DNA of 64,000 nt from the IMG/VR virus record IMGVR_UViG_3300005440_000008, positions 32,001 to 96,000 of that record; one strand, 5' to 3'. The translations under genes and the position numbers were made by a program. Below are positions 33,185-41,742 of this stretch, piece after piece; position 1 is the first letter of the stretch, and every line of letters starts with the position of its first letter. The notes under the pieces are model-generated. The model was not told the DNA's origin and searched no databases. It saw only the letters and a program-made list of their open reading frames with translations. The DNA comes from a virus. Taxonomy: Duplodnaviria; Caudoviricetes.

Positions 33185-33933
33185 GGGAGCGACGCGCCTT
33201 TCAGGAACCAGCCGAAGAGCGTGAAGACCCCGATGAGCCCGACCCAGAGAAGCCCGATGGTCGCCTTCCGCATCGGCTTGACGTAGCGCTCGATCGTGTC
33301 GAGCTGCGTCGTGATCGTGCCGACCGACGTATCGAGGGAGGTGACCCGTCCCGCGAGCGCGTTGACCTGCTCGCGAAGCCCCTTGCACTCGTCGAGCACC
33401 GAGGTATCGAGCCGGCGCCGCTCCTGCCGGAGCGACAGGACCCAGTACTTCTGCGGGTAAGTCCACCCCTTGAACAGGGCCTCGGCCTCGTGGAAGAGCT
33501 CGCGCAGCGGCTCGTGATCGACCAGGGCCTCGTAGAGCCCTTGATTGATCGCAATCCCGCGCACCGCCTCGGGGAGGTCCCGGAGGCGCGCGGCGAAGTT
33601 GATGACGCTCCCGCTGGGCCGCGCGGTCGGCTTCCACGCCTGCGGGGCGGGCCACCAGGTCAGATCCCCGATCGCCATGCTGATCCGCAGCTCGAGCCCA
33701 TCCTGGAGATGCGCGTCAATGGCCGCTCGGACCAGCGGCCCGGCCAGTTCCGAATGCCCGACGAGCAGATGGCCGTCGCCGATCTGCGGCCCCACCCACA
33801 GGTCCGGGTCGGTGGCCTTGAAGAGGGCGATCGCGCGCGCCAGGCGCTCGTCGATCTCCGGCTGGAGAAACTGTGCCCCCGTGCGCTCGGCCTTCGCCGA
33901 GCTGTTGACGACGTCGACATACGTGACCGGCAT
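33181..33933 (-). CDS. Class III nucleotidyl cyclase fused to a coiled coil and C-terminal TM
   Basis: YVDVVNSS, IGDG, LRISMAIG, GSVINFAARL, FKG motifs, then heptads and TM IGLLWVGLIGVFTLFGWFL. Confidence 0.85.
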   Translation of the reverse strand: MPVTYVDVVNSSAKAERTGAQFLQPEIDERLARAIALFKATDPDLWVGPQIGDGHLLVGHSELAGPLVRAAIDAHLQDGLELRISMAIGDLTWWPAPQAWKPTARPSGSVINFAARLRDLPEAVRGIAINQGLYEALVDHEPLRELFHEAEALFKGWTYPQKYWVLSLRQERRRLDTSVLDECKGLREQVNALAGRVTSLDTSVGTITTQLDTIERYVKPMRKATIGLLWVGLIGVFTLFGWFLKGASLP

Positions 33934-33939
33934 CGCTCC

Positions 33940-34695
33940 CTAGCCGCCGGCTGAGAACGTGCCGTCGTAGGTGGACTGCAGTCCGTCACCCGAGACCAGC
34001 GTGATGGCGCCATACACCGTCCGGTCGAAGAGCACGCCGACGGCGTCCGCCGAGAAGAGCCCGTGCTCGCGGAGCGCGGCCCCGGGCGTCCCGTCGAGGG
34101 TGTTGGTGGCCACGGTCCGGTAGACCGTCGCGCTCGCCTCGGCGGTGGTGCCGGTCGCGCGGACGTTGCCGGTGTACTCGGTCATCAGCTCGGTGACGAG
34201 CGCGGTGTCGCCCGCTGCCTCGGCCGTCGAGCCCGTGCCGAGGCCGTGATACTTCTCGGTCTCGAGCTCGACAAGGTTCTGGAACGCGTCGACGATGAAG
34301 CCGACGCCAACGGTGGTGACAACCTTGAGCCCGACCAGGCCGAGCGGGATGGCGCGGCCACTCGCCCGGAAGATGGTGAGGTCGAGCGCGCCCCAGAACG
34401 TCGGGATGCCGAGCGTCTGCGCGATCTGGATCTTCGGGATCCCGCGCAGGAGCAGCCGGCGGTTGGCCCGACGGAAGCGGTTGATCTCGTCCCGGATCTC
34501 CGGGTACGGCGAGTCCGACGGCGCGAGGCCGCGGCGCCACACCTCGGCGAGGGAGAACCGCGCCGCGCCACGGCCGCTGCGGAACTCGGGCGGCTTCCCT
34601 TCCTGCGCCATCCGCTGCCGGACGATCGTGAGGCCGACAGCGCCCGAGGCGCCGGTCCGGCCGCCCACCGCTTGAAGCGCCGCGCGCGGGCTCAT
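33940..34695 (-). CDS. Virion structural protein (collar/fibre-base-like)
   Basis: VVTTVG...YHGLGTGSTAEAAGDTAL.TE...EHGLFSA..G.LFDR.V...I....GD.L. Confidence 0.7.
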   Translation of the reverse strand: MSPRAALQAVGGRTGASGAVGLTIVRQRMAQEGKPPEFRSGRGAARFSLAEVWRRGLAPSDSPYPEIRDEINRFRRANRRLLLRGIPKIQIAQTLGIPTFWGALDLTIFRASGRAIPLGLVGLKVVTTVGVGFIVDAFQNLVELETEKYHGLGTGSTAEAAGDTALVTELMTEYTGNVRATGTTAEASATVYRTVATNTLDGTPGAALREHGLFSADAVGVLFDRTVYGAITLVSGDGLQSTYDGTFSAGG

Positions 34696-34991
34696 CGGCC
34701 GTCTCCCATCTCCCCGCGCGCGTACGCGACGGAGCGTGCCGTGTGGATCGCCTGGGCGAGCGCGGGGCCGGCCAGATCGGCGGCCTGCGCGAGCGCGCGG
34801 CCGAGCGCGTCCCGGATCGGCGCCAGGAGCGCGGGGTCCGTGACCTCGATCGTGACCGAGGCCGTGAGGTCCTCCCCCTCGGGCGTCACCCGATAGGGCG
34901 ACGCGCAGACGAGCTTGAGCGCGACCTGGCCGTCCTCGGTGAGCGTGGCCAGCGCCTTCGCCGTCGCGTCGATGGTCGATCGGATCTCCAT
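34692..34991 (-). CDS. Hypothetical protein
   Basis: GGAGAG RBS, coupled to next gene. Confidence 0.6.
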   Translation of the reverse strand: MEIRSTIDATAKALATLTEDGQVALKLVCASPYRVTPEGEDLTASVTIEVTDPALLAPIRDALGRALAQAADLAGPALAQAIHTARSVAYARGEMGDGR

Positions 34992-35002
34992 GGGCTCTCC
35001 CC

Positions 35003-35266
35003 CTAGGGCACAGCGACCGGTTCGGCGAGCGCCGGGGCGGGGACCACCAGCCCCTCGGCGGCCGCGATCGTGGCCGTCCGGAGCTCCGCCGCGCGGATCC
35101 AGTCCTGGAAGCGCTCGTACTTGATGCCGAGGAGCTCGGCGGCCTGCCGGTGGTTCCCCTGGGCCGCCCGGAGCGCGGTCATGACGTACAGGTTCTTGAG
35201 CGCCGCGAGCTCGGCCTCGACGTTCACGGGCACGCGGATGCGGAGGGCGCCGACGAGCTCGGACAT
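35003..35266 (-). CDS. Fis-type HTH protein
   Basis: ALRAAQGNHRQAAELLGI matches the Fis/NtrC C-terminal HTH. Confidence 0.8.
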   Translation of the reverse strand: MSELVGALRIRVPVNVEAELAALKNLYVMTALRAAQGNHRQAAELLGIKYERFQDWIRAAELRTATIAAAEGLVVPAPALAEPVAVP

Positions 35267-35952
35267 CAGCGGGCGCCCTCGGTCAGGGTGACCAGCTCGG
35301 CCGACTCGGATCCCGGCATCTCGATCGGGATCCGGACGTCGACGGCGGCCAGGTACTGCATGTAGAAGCGCCCGTCGAGCCCGGGCCAGAGCGTCGAGCC
35401 GACGACCTTGTGGCCGACGCGGACATCGCAGTCGAGCGCCGGCGCGTACCCGGCGGCCGCGGCGCGGAAGCAGAAGTCGAAGTCCTCCTGGAGCGCGTCC
35501 ATCTCGATCTGGCCGCAGCGGAACCAGGGCGGCGTGAGCGCCTCCCAGACGCACCGGCGGACGAGGAGGCAGCCGGTGCCGACGGCGGGCACGTCGAGGA
35601 GCCCCGTGCGCGGCAGATCGGCCAGGAGCCAGCGCGCCGGGTGCGGCTCGAGGCTCCGGACCGCCGAGGTGCGGAAGGGCGGGAAGCGCTCGAGCACGAC
35701 GGCGGACACGAGGGGCAATTCGCGCGCGAGGAGCCGCGGGAGCATGGTCGTCGTCGGAATGCAGTCCGAGTCGAGGAACAGGACCCAGTCCCCGATGGCC
35801 GCCGCGAGCCCGAGGTTCCGCTGCCGCGGGATCTGATTGCCCTGGACGTCCTGGAGCTTCACCGTGCGCGGCAGCGTGCGCGTCCAGTGGAGCAGCTCGG
35901 TCGCGACCGTCCCCTGGTGGAGGATGACGACGGTGCCGCGCTCGTCGGTCAC
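35266..35952 (-). CDS. GT2-like glycosyltransferase
   Basis: RN.GL.....DWVLFLDSD, VGTGCLLVRR.V, EDFDFC, D.DVRVGH. Confidence 0.9.
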   Translation of the reverse strand: MTDERGTVVILHQGTVATELLHWTRTLPRTVKLQDVQGNQIPRQRNLGLAAAIGDWVLFLDSDCIPTTTMLPRLLARELPLVSAVVLERFPPFRTSAVRSLEPHPARWLLADLPRTGLLDVPAVGTGCLLVRRCVWEALTPPWFRCGQIEMDALQEDFDFCFRAAAAGYAPALDCDVRVGHKVVGSTLWPGLDGRFYMQYLAAVDVRIPIEMPGSESAELVTLTEGAR

Positions 35953-36347
35953 GCGACCCTCCGCGCCACGACGTTCCAGAAGGCGCCGACCGGGTCGGTG
36001 TCCCAGGTCCGGGGCTCGTACGTCACCCCGCCGTGGACGATCCGGTCCTCGCGCGCCGGCGTGATCGTGAGATCCGAGCGCGCGAAGAGAAAGCGCACGT
36101 CGCCCGCCTGGTAGAGCCCCTCGGCGAGGGCGAGCTCGCGCTGGGACAGCACGTTGCGCACGGCCCGGATCGCGAGGTCGCTGTAGGTCTCGGTGTAGGC
36201 CCCGGTTGCCGGCGTGAGCGCCCGGCTCACGAAGTCGCGGTACGTCACGGCGACCGAGAGCTCGGTGTCGTCCATGAGGGCGGCGACGTCGGCGCCGATC
36301 AGGCTCCGCTCGCCCGCGGTCAGGAAGTCGGGCGTGGGAACGTTCAC
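35949..36347 (-). CDS. Head closure / stopper-like protein
   Basis: GLYQAGDVRFLF...P..EDRI..GG..Y pattern; position. Confidence 0.75.
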   Translation of the reverse strand: MNVPTPDFLTAGERSLIGADVAALMDDTELSVAVTYRDFVSRALTPATGAYTETYSDLAIRAVRNVLSQRELALAEGLYQAGDVRFLFARSDLTITPAREDRIVHGGVTYEPRTWDTDPVGAFWNVVARRVA

Positions 36348-36721
36348 GGCTCGGTGTCCTGGTAGACGCTGCGATCGACGCCCGCCTCGTCGACCACGTG
36401 GTCGAGGACGGACTCGAGCTCCCACGGCGTCGCGAGGACGCGCGCCTCGAGCTTGTCGGCGAGGTCGGTCAGGTTCTTGGCGACGCCCCGGCGGTCGAGG
36501 CTGAAGCCGTTGACCTGGTAGTAGATGGCGAACTTGGCCTGGCTGATCGCGATCGCGCGCAGCGCCTGCGCGGCTGCCAGGTGGAGGTCGCCCGGCCAGG
36601 CGTCGAGGAAGAGCTGGAGCTCCTCGTCCTCGAACACGTACTGGGCGGCGTTGGTGTCCGAGATGAACAGCCGGAGCCGATCGCGATCGGTCGGGCTCGC
36701 CGGCGTGTAGGTGAACGTCAC
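36344..36721 (-). CDS. Head-tail adaptor protein
   Basis: MTFTY.....RDRLRLFISDT.....FEDEEL..FL. Confidence 0.8.
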   Translation of the reverse strand: MTFTYTPASPTDRDRLRLFISDTNAAQYVFEDEELQLFLDAWPGDLHLAAAQALRAIAISQAKFAIYYQVNGFSLDRRGVAKNLTDLADKLEARVLATPWELESVLDHVVDEAGVDRSVYQDTEP

Positions 36722-37401
36722 GCGGCCGCTCCCGTGAGGCGCGCTATCGCGGCGATGCCGGCCAGGCTGTCACGGTAGGGCACGCGGCCGCCCTGCCGGT
36801 CCTCCCACTGAGCGAGGAGCGTCCCCGTCTGGCCCGGCCACAGGAGCACGCTCGCCTCGTGGCCGACCCGCACCGCCGTGTCGAGGTGCGCCGGGAAGCC
36901 GACCGCGGCCGCCCGGAGGCAGAAGTCGAGGTCCTCGCCAAGGAGATCGGGCGCGCCCGGGAGCTGTCCGCAGCGGAACCAGGGAGCCGGCAGCACCTCG
37001 AAGACCCGGCGCCGCACGAGAAGGCACCCGGTCCCGATCGCGGGCACCGGCAGCGTGCTCCCGTCGTCGGGCAGCTCCTCGAGGGCGAGGCGGGCGAACG
37101 GCTCGAGCGACTTCACCGCGCACACCTCGAAGGGCGCGCGCCGCTCGACGACGACACCGCCCACGAGCGGCAAGCCACGATCGAGGAGCGTCGGGAGCGC
37201 CGGCGCCGGCGGCACGCAGTCGGCGTCGACGTAGAGGATCCAGTCGCCGACCATGCGCCGTGCGCACTCGTTCCGCGCCCAGGCGATCTGGTTGGTCCGG
37301 AGCCGGAGGATGGTGACCTCGGCGGGTTGCGCGGCGAGCCACGCGTCGAGCTCGTCGCAGGCGGGGCCCCGCCCGGTCAGGACTGCGATCGTGCCGTGCA
37401 T
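36718..37401 (-). CDS. GT2-like glycosyltransferase (paralog of 35266-35952)
   Basis: ARNE, WILYVDAD, IGTGCLLVRRRVFE, PWFRCGQ, GEDLDFC, VRVGH. Confidence 0.9.
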   Translation of the reverse strand: MHGTIAVLTGRGPACDELDAWLAAQPAEVTILRLRTNQIAWARNECARRMVGDWILYVDADCVPPAPALPTLLDRGLPLVGGVVVERRAPFEVCAVKSLEPFARLALEELPDDGSTLPVPAIGTGCLLVRRRVFEVLPAPWFRCGQLPGAPDLLGEDLDFCLRAAAVGFPAHLDTAVRVGHEASVLLWPGQTGTLLAQWEDRQGGRVPYRDSLAGIAAIARLTGAAA

Positions 37402-37491
37402 GCCTGCCGCGTGGCCCCCTCTGAGGTGGAGCCACGGAGCCCGCCCGGCGGCGAGCCCCGTGGGTCAGGTGTCCGCGAGTTGCGTCGCGGC

Positions 37492-38730
37492 TTAGGCCGC
37501 GTTGACCTTGATCAGCTGGACGGTGTCCAGCGCGGCGATGCCGCCGTAGTACCGCGCCTTGAACCGCGCCACGACGTCGCGCCGGAACTGGGCCTCGTCG
37601 TCCTGCCGCGCGCGGAAGGTCTGGAGCGGCCAGATCTCCTGCCAGATGAACTGCGCCTTCGGATCGCCGATGAACCAGTCGGAACTGTCGTTGTACTGGC
37701 TGCCCGACAGGGAGGCGAGGTAGTCCAGCAGCGGGCTCGAGAGCGGCTTCAGCCCCGGGGCCAGGGTGCCGAGCGGATTGGCCGTATCGAACTGCATGCC
37801 GGTGCCGGCGGTGATGTCCCCGCTCCGGACCGTGATCGCGTTCGCGATCCGCGCGGCCGTCCCCCAGAGCTTCCGGGCCACGAGCAGGACCTTGGGCATC
37901 CAGATGATGGGCAGCTGCTCGTCGGTCCGCGCGCGGTCGTCGCGGACGGTCGTCGCGTGATACTGGAAGACCTCGTCGAGGTCGGTCCAGTCGACCAGCT
38001 GGATGGGGCCGGCGGCGAGGTTCTTGTTGGTGGCCGAGTAGAGCGCGGCCGCCGTGCCGTTCGGCCGGTACACCGACCGGTACTTGATCCCGTTGGCCAC
38101 GAGATCGGCGGCGCCGGCCACGTCGACGATGCCGCCGAGGATGATGAGCTCGCGCTCCTGGCGGGTGGCTTCCCCGAGCCGGCTCGCCCGCAGGAGGATC
38201 TGGCCGGTCTGGTCGTGGAAGATCGCCTCCTCGGTGATCTCGAGGATCCGGCCCTTCTTCGCCGTTTCCGTGGTGACGTACTTCTCCGCGAAGCTCGACT
38301 CCTCGTAGGGCATCCCCTCGGGCACTTCCTTGGGGCCTTCCAGCGAGGTGAAGCCGACGATGCGCTCACTCTTGAGCCGCGACTGCATGACGGTGACGAG
38401 CTGGTCCCCGATCGCGCCCTCGAGGCCGTAGTAGCCTTCGATGATGCGGCTGGCGATCAGCATGCCGGTGGCGCTCGGGAAGACCGTGGACTCGAGCGCC
38501 TCCTGCATCTCGATGTAGTTGAAGCGTCCGGGCGAGCGCTGGGACGGGAGGGTCTGCTCGCAGGGGCCGACCGTGGCTTCCCAGAGCGCGCGCAGCGGGA
38601 ACTCCTCCGCGCGATGCTTGCGGATCTCCTTGCCGGTCTCGTCGCGGCCTTCCAGCAGGAGCCCGATGATCTCGACGAACCCGGCCGGACCGACCCGGTT
38701 CAGGATGCCCTTCATCTCGTCTCGTCGCAT
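37492..38730 (-). CDS. Major capsid protein (Mu gpT-like HK97 fold)
   Basis: 412 aa; V.EG.PY.E....E......KKGR...IT.EAI..D.TGQI...A..LG; strong RBS. Confidence 0.9.
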   Translation of the reverse strand: MRRDEMKGILNRVGPAGFVEIIGLLLEGRDETGKEIRKHRAEEFPLRALWEATVGPCEQTLPSQRSPGRFNYIEMQEALESTVFPSATGMLIASRIIEGYYGLEGAIGDQLVTVMQSRLKSERIVGFTSLEGPKEVPEGMPYEESSFAEKYVTTETAKKGRILEITEEAIFHDQTGQILLRASRLGEATRQERELIILGGIVDVAGAADLVANGIKYRSVYRPNGTAAALYSATNKNLAAGPIQLVDWTDLDEVFQYHATTVRDDRARTDEQLPIIWMPKVLLVARKLWGTAARIANAITVRSGDITAGTGMQFDTANPLGTLAPGLKPLSSPLLDYLASLSGSQYNDSSDWFIGDPKAQFIWQEIWPLQTFRARQDDEAQFRRDVVARFKARYYGGIAALDTVQLIKVNAA

Positions 38731-38809
38731 CGACGCCCCTCCTCGTCAGAAGTTGAAGAAGTCGGTTCCTGGCTGGCGCGCCGCTGAGGGGCGGCGCGAC
38801 GCGCGCGCC

Positions 38810-39316
38810 TCAGCTCGTCAGGTAGTTGCGCACCCCGCCCCCGGCGGCGATGCGGGTGAAGATCTCGAACTCGATGAACGCGACCGCGCTCGCGTAGCGC
38901 TTCTGCGCGCGCCCGATCGCGAAGCTCTCGTTGCTGACCTTGTCGACGACCTGGGCCTGCAGGAGATTGCTCGAGGGGTGCTTGCTCGGCCCCACGAGGT
39001 CGCCCACCTCGAAGGCCGCCGCCGTCTGGAGCGGGAAGCCGTGCGTCCCGCGCGTCGCCACGCGGATGGTCGTCACCAGCGCGTCGCCCGCGACGTGCGC
39101 GCTATGCGCCACGCCGGCGAACTTCTCGGCCGCCTTGCCCTGGCTGCCGGCGGCGGTCCCGGTCCACAGGCCGGCATGGCTGAACGGCTTGGCGTCGTCC
39201 GTGTCGAGCCAGATCAGGTCGCCGGCCTCGACCCCGACGGCCGCATCGACGGCCATCTCGACCAGCCCGTACGGATTGGCGTCCCCTGCGTTCCACCGCT
39301 CGCGGTGCACGTTCAT
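38810..39316 (-). CDS. Head decoration/cement protein
   Basis: VEAGDLIW, FAGVA, RVAT.G...F, FEVGDLVG, AIG motifs; precedes MCP. Confidence 0.75.
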   Translation of the reverse strand: MNVHRERWNAGDANPYGLVEMAVDAAVGVEAGDLIWLDTDDAKPFSHAGLWTGTAAGSQGKAAEKFAGVAHSAHVAGDALVTTIRVATRGTHGFPLQTAAAFEVGDLVGPSKHPSSNLLQAQVVDKVSNESFAIGRAQKRYASAVAFIEFEIFTRIAAGGGVRNYLTS

Positions 39317-39385
39317 GAGCCTGCTCCCTCTCTCGGCTGGCGGCCCGGCGGGCCGCGCGGTTCAAGGCCTGGTGTGCGCCGCCGC

Positions 39386-41380
39386 TTACCGCAGGGCCGC
39401 CGACATCTCCGCGCAGATCCCGGTCGGCAGCTTCACGCCGCCGTCCCGGTGCTCCTGGAGCGCTCCGTCCGCCTTCCGCTGGGACTCGGCCGGCTGCCCC
39501 GTGCGCGTGCCCGCCGCAGCGTCGAGGCTCGCGAGGCGGTCGTCCATCAGCCCGGTCCACTTCGCCTCGTCGGCCTCCATGAGCGCGCCCCGGAAGACAT
39601 CGGTGATGGCGCCGACGGTCTTGCCGTACTTCTTGCCGAGCGCATGCTCGGCCAGGACCGTGTCGAGGCGGCCGCGCTTGGCGCCGACGGCCTTCTCGGA
39701 CTCGAACGTGTCGAGCTTGGTCTTCGACTCGGCGAGCGCCGTGCTGGCCGTCTTCAGCTGCCCCTCGAGGGCCGCCTTCTCGGTCGCGGCGGTCGCGAGC
39801 GCAGCCTGGGCCTCGCCGAGCTCCTTCAGCTCCTTGGCGGCGACCCGCTGCTTGATCCGCTCGGCCATCAGCTCGTCCTTGTCCAGCGCCTCGGTGATCG
39901 TCTTGAGATCCATGGGTTCCCCCTGAGAAGTGATGGGGCCTGCGGGTGCGGCGTGGGTCGCGTCCCAGGCACTGCGGTGCTCGAAGAGGCCCTTGGTGGT
40001 CGCGGGATCGCTGACGAGGTCGCCCGAGCGCACCTGGACGATCTCGTCGACGTACTCGATGCCGTCCTGCAGGCGCACGCGGCCGCGGCTGACCAGGCTG
40101 TTGCCGACCTGGTCCCCGAGGTCCTCGGCGAGCGCGAAGACCCAGGGGGCCTGGTGCTCGAGGATGTGGAGGTCGCTCAGCACCCGCGCGCGCGGCGCGT
40201 CGTACCGCACGTTCCGGTGTCGGCCGATCAGCTCCTGCACCGCGCGCGGCTTGAAGGCGAGCTCCTTCGTCGTGTGGTTCGCGTACGCCGGGAGCCCCTC
40301 GCTGAGCCGGGCGGCCTGCTGGAGCGCGGCCTCGGTGTAGATCCGACGGCCGTGTTCGCCATTGGCGCTCGTCGCGTTCAGCAGCACGGTGTTCCGGATC
40401 ACGCGCTGCTCGCGATCGATCTGCCCTTCGCGGAGGATCCCGGCCGGCTTCTGCTCGGCGAGGAGGGCGAGCGCTTCCTGGTGCGTCACGGCGGGCGCGC
40501 CGGCCGGGGGTGCGACCGCGGCTGGAGGTGCGCCACCCCCCGGCTGAATCCGGACCTCGGTGAGCGGGCCACCTTCGCCCCGGACCTTCGTGAACTCGGC
40601 GGTGACTTCCTCGGCCGTGCCGGCCAGCAGCACCGTGGTGCCGTCGATCCGGTAGCCGTCCTGGTAGAGCTTCCCCTGCATCTCGTAGACGACCGCGTCG
40701 GGGAAGGTCGCGACGACGCGGACCGAGCAGTCGTACGGGTGCGTGCCACCGTACGGCCCGTGGCAGCTCTCGTGCCACTCCTGCAGCGCCGCCTGGGCCG
40801 CGCAGATGATCGTCTCGAAGCTGAGCACGCCCTCCTGCATCGCGGCGAGCATCTGGCCGTAGTAGCTCGCCTCGCGGAGCGTCTCGAGGTCCTCGAGGAG
40901 CTCCGGGCGCATGGCCTCCGGCACCGCCCCCGCCTCGAGGAGGTGGCGCGCGCTCCGGCGCAGCCGGCGGGTGGCCACGGTGTACGCCGCGGCCTGCAGC
41001 ACCGGCGGCAGCTCGTCGCCCGTGACGCCGGCGGTCTTGTAGAGCGTCCGGAGCTTCCGGAGCGCGGCCGCGCGCTGGTCGGGGGAGAGCTGGACGGTGC
41101 GCCCCCGGAAGCCCTTGCCGAGCGCTGCGGCCGCGCGCCCGAGCTGGGCCTTCGTCACCTTCGCGGTGGGCGACTCCCAGATCCGGAGCTTCCACGTGCT
41201 GGGCTGGGCCGCGTCCGGGACGACGAGGTAGGCGGCCGCGGGGAACGCCTCGCCGCCCTCGGTCTTCATCGCCTCGGTCAGGATCTCGGCGGCGCCTCCG
41301 GCGGCCTCGAGGAGTGTCACGATCTGGGAATGATTCAGCGTCTGCGGATCATCGACGACTAATACGCGGTGCGTGAACAC
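39386..41380 (-). CDS. Prohead protease-scaffold fusion
   Basis: S.NG..RRIY...AL, YANH, NSLVSRG, DLVSDPATT.GLFE protease motifs; helical C-terminal scaffold; internal start MDLK at 39913 with GGGGGA. Confidence 0.85.
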   Translation of the reverse strand: MFTHRVLVVDDPQTLNHSQIVTLLEAAGGAAEILTEAMKTEGGEAFPAAAYLVVPDAAQPSTWKLRIWESPTAKVTKAQLGRAAAALGKGFRGRTVQLSPDQRAAALRKLRTLYKTAGVTGDELPPVLQAAAYTVATRRLRRSARHLLEAGAVPEAMRPELLEDLETLREASYYGQMLAAMQEGVLSFETIICAAQAALQEWHESCHGPYGGTHPYDCSVRVVATFPDAVVYEMQGKLYQDGYRIDGTTVLLAGTAEEVTAEFTKVRGEGGPLTEVRIQPGGGAPPAAVAPPAGAPAVTHQEALALLAEQKPAGILREGQIDREQRVIRNTVLLNATSANGEHGRRIYTEAALQQAARLSEGLPAYANHTTKELAFKPRAVQELIGRHRNVRYDAPRARVLSDLHILEHQAPWVFALAEDLGDQVGNSLVSRGRVRLQDGIEYVDEIVQVRSGDLVSDPATTKGLFEHRSAWDATHAAPAGPITSQGEPMDLKTITEALDKDELMAERIKQRVAAKELKELGEAQAALATAATEKAALEGQLKTASTALAESKTKLDTFESEKAVGAKRGRLDTVLAEHALGKKYGKTVGAITDVFRGALMEADEAKWTGLMDDRLASLDAAAGTRTGQPAESQRKADGALQEHRDGGVKLPTGICAEMSAALR

Positions 41381-41387
41381 GACGCTG

Positions 41388-41463
41388 ACGTTACGGTGCG
41401 CGCGGCCTGCGGCGCACCGGTGAAGTGTTTCCGGTTACGCCCCTTTAGGACTGTTTAGGACAG
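41388..41463 (-). promoter_or_regulatory. Candidate activator-dependent late promoter
   Basis: TAACGT (41393-41388) 7 nt before GTG 41380; tandem TTTAGGACTG/TTTAGGACAG at 41444-41463. Confidence 0.45.
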
Positions 41464-41742
41464 TTTTGTTGGGCGACGCGACCCCGCGCGGGCCGAGACG
41501 GGCGCGCCGAACACATCGCGGAGCTCGCGCTCGGTCGAGCCGCGGGACCGGAGAAAGTCGAGCAGGTTGTCGCGGTAGATCAGGTAGTGGGGCTTCCGTC
41601 CGGTGCCGATGTTCAGCGCCGGCAGGTGGCCGTTCCGGATCCAGTAGCGCACGGTCCGGGTATGCACGTGGAGGTGGCGCGCCACCACGCTCGGCTCGAG
41701 GTGCCGGCGACGATCCATCCGATGGGACCGCCGGCGCGTCAC
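41455..41742 (-). CDS. Excisionase/MerR-like (HTH_17) DNA-binding protein
   Basis: VARHLHVHTRTVRYWIRNGHLPA......YLI...L..FL. Confidence 0.85.
   Translation of the reverse strand: MTRRRSHRMDRRRHLEPSVVARHLHVHTRTVRYWIRNGHLPALNIGTGRKPHYLIYRDNLLDFLRSRGSTERELRDVFGAPVSARAGSRRPTKLS

Noticed and set aside
33181-33933. Pycsar defence system
   Set aside because: No cyclic-nucleotide-binding effector gene adjacent; the context is the late operon
41455-41742. Excisionase marking an integration module
   Set aside because: No integrase or att site nearby; it sits inside the head operon
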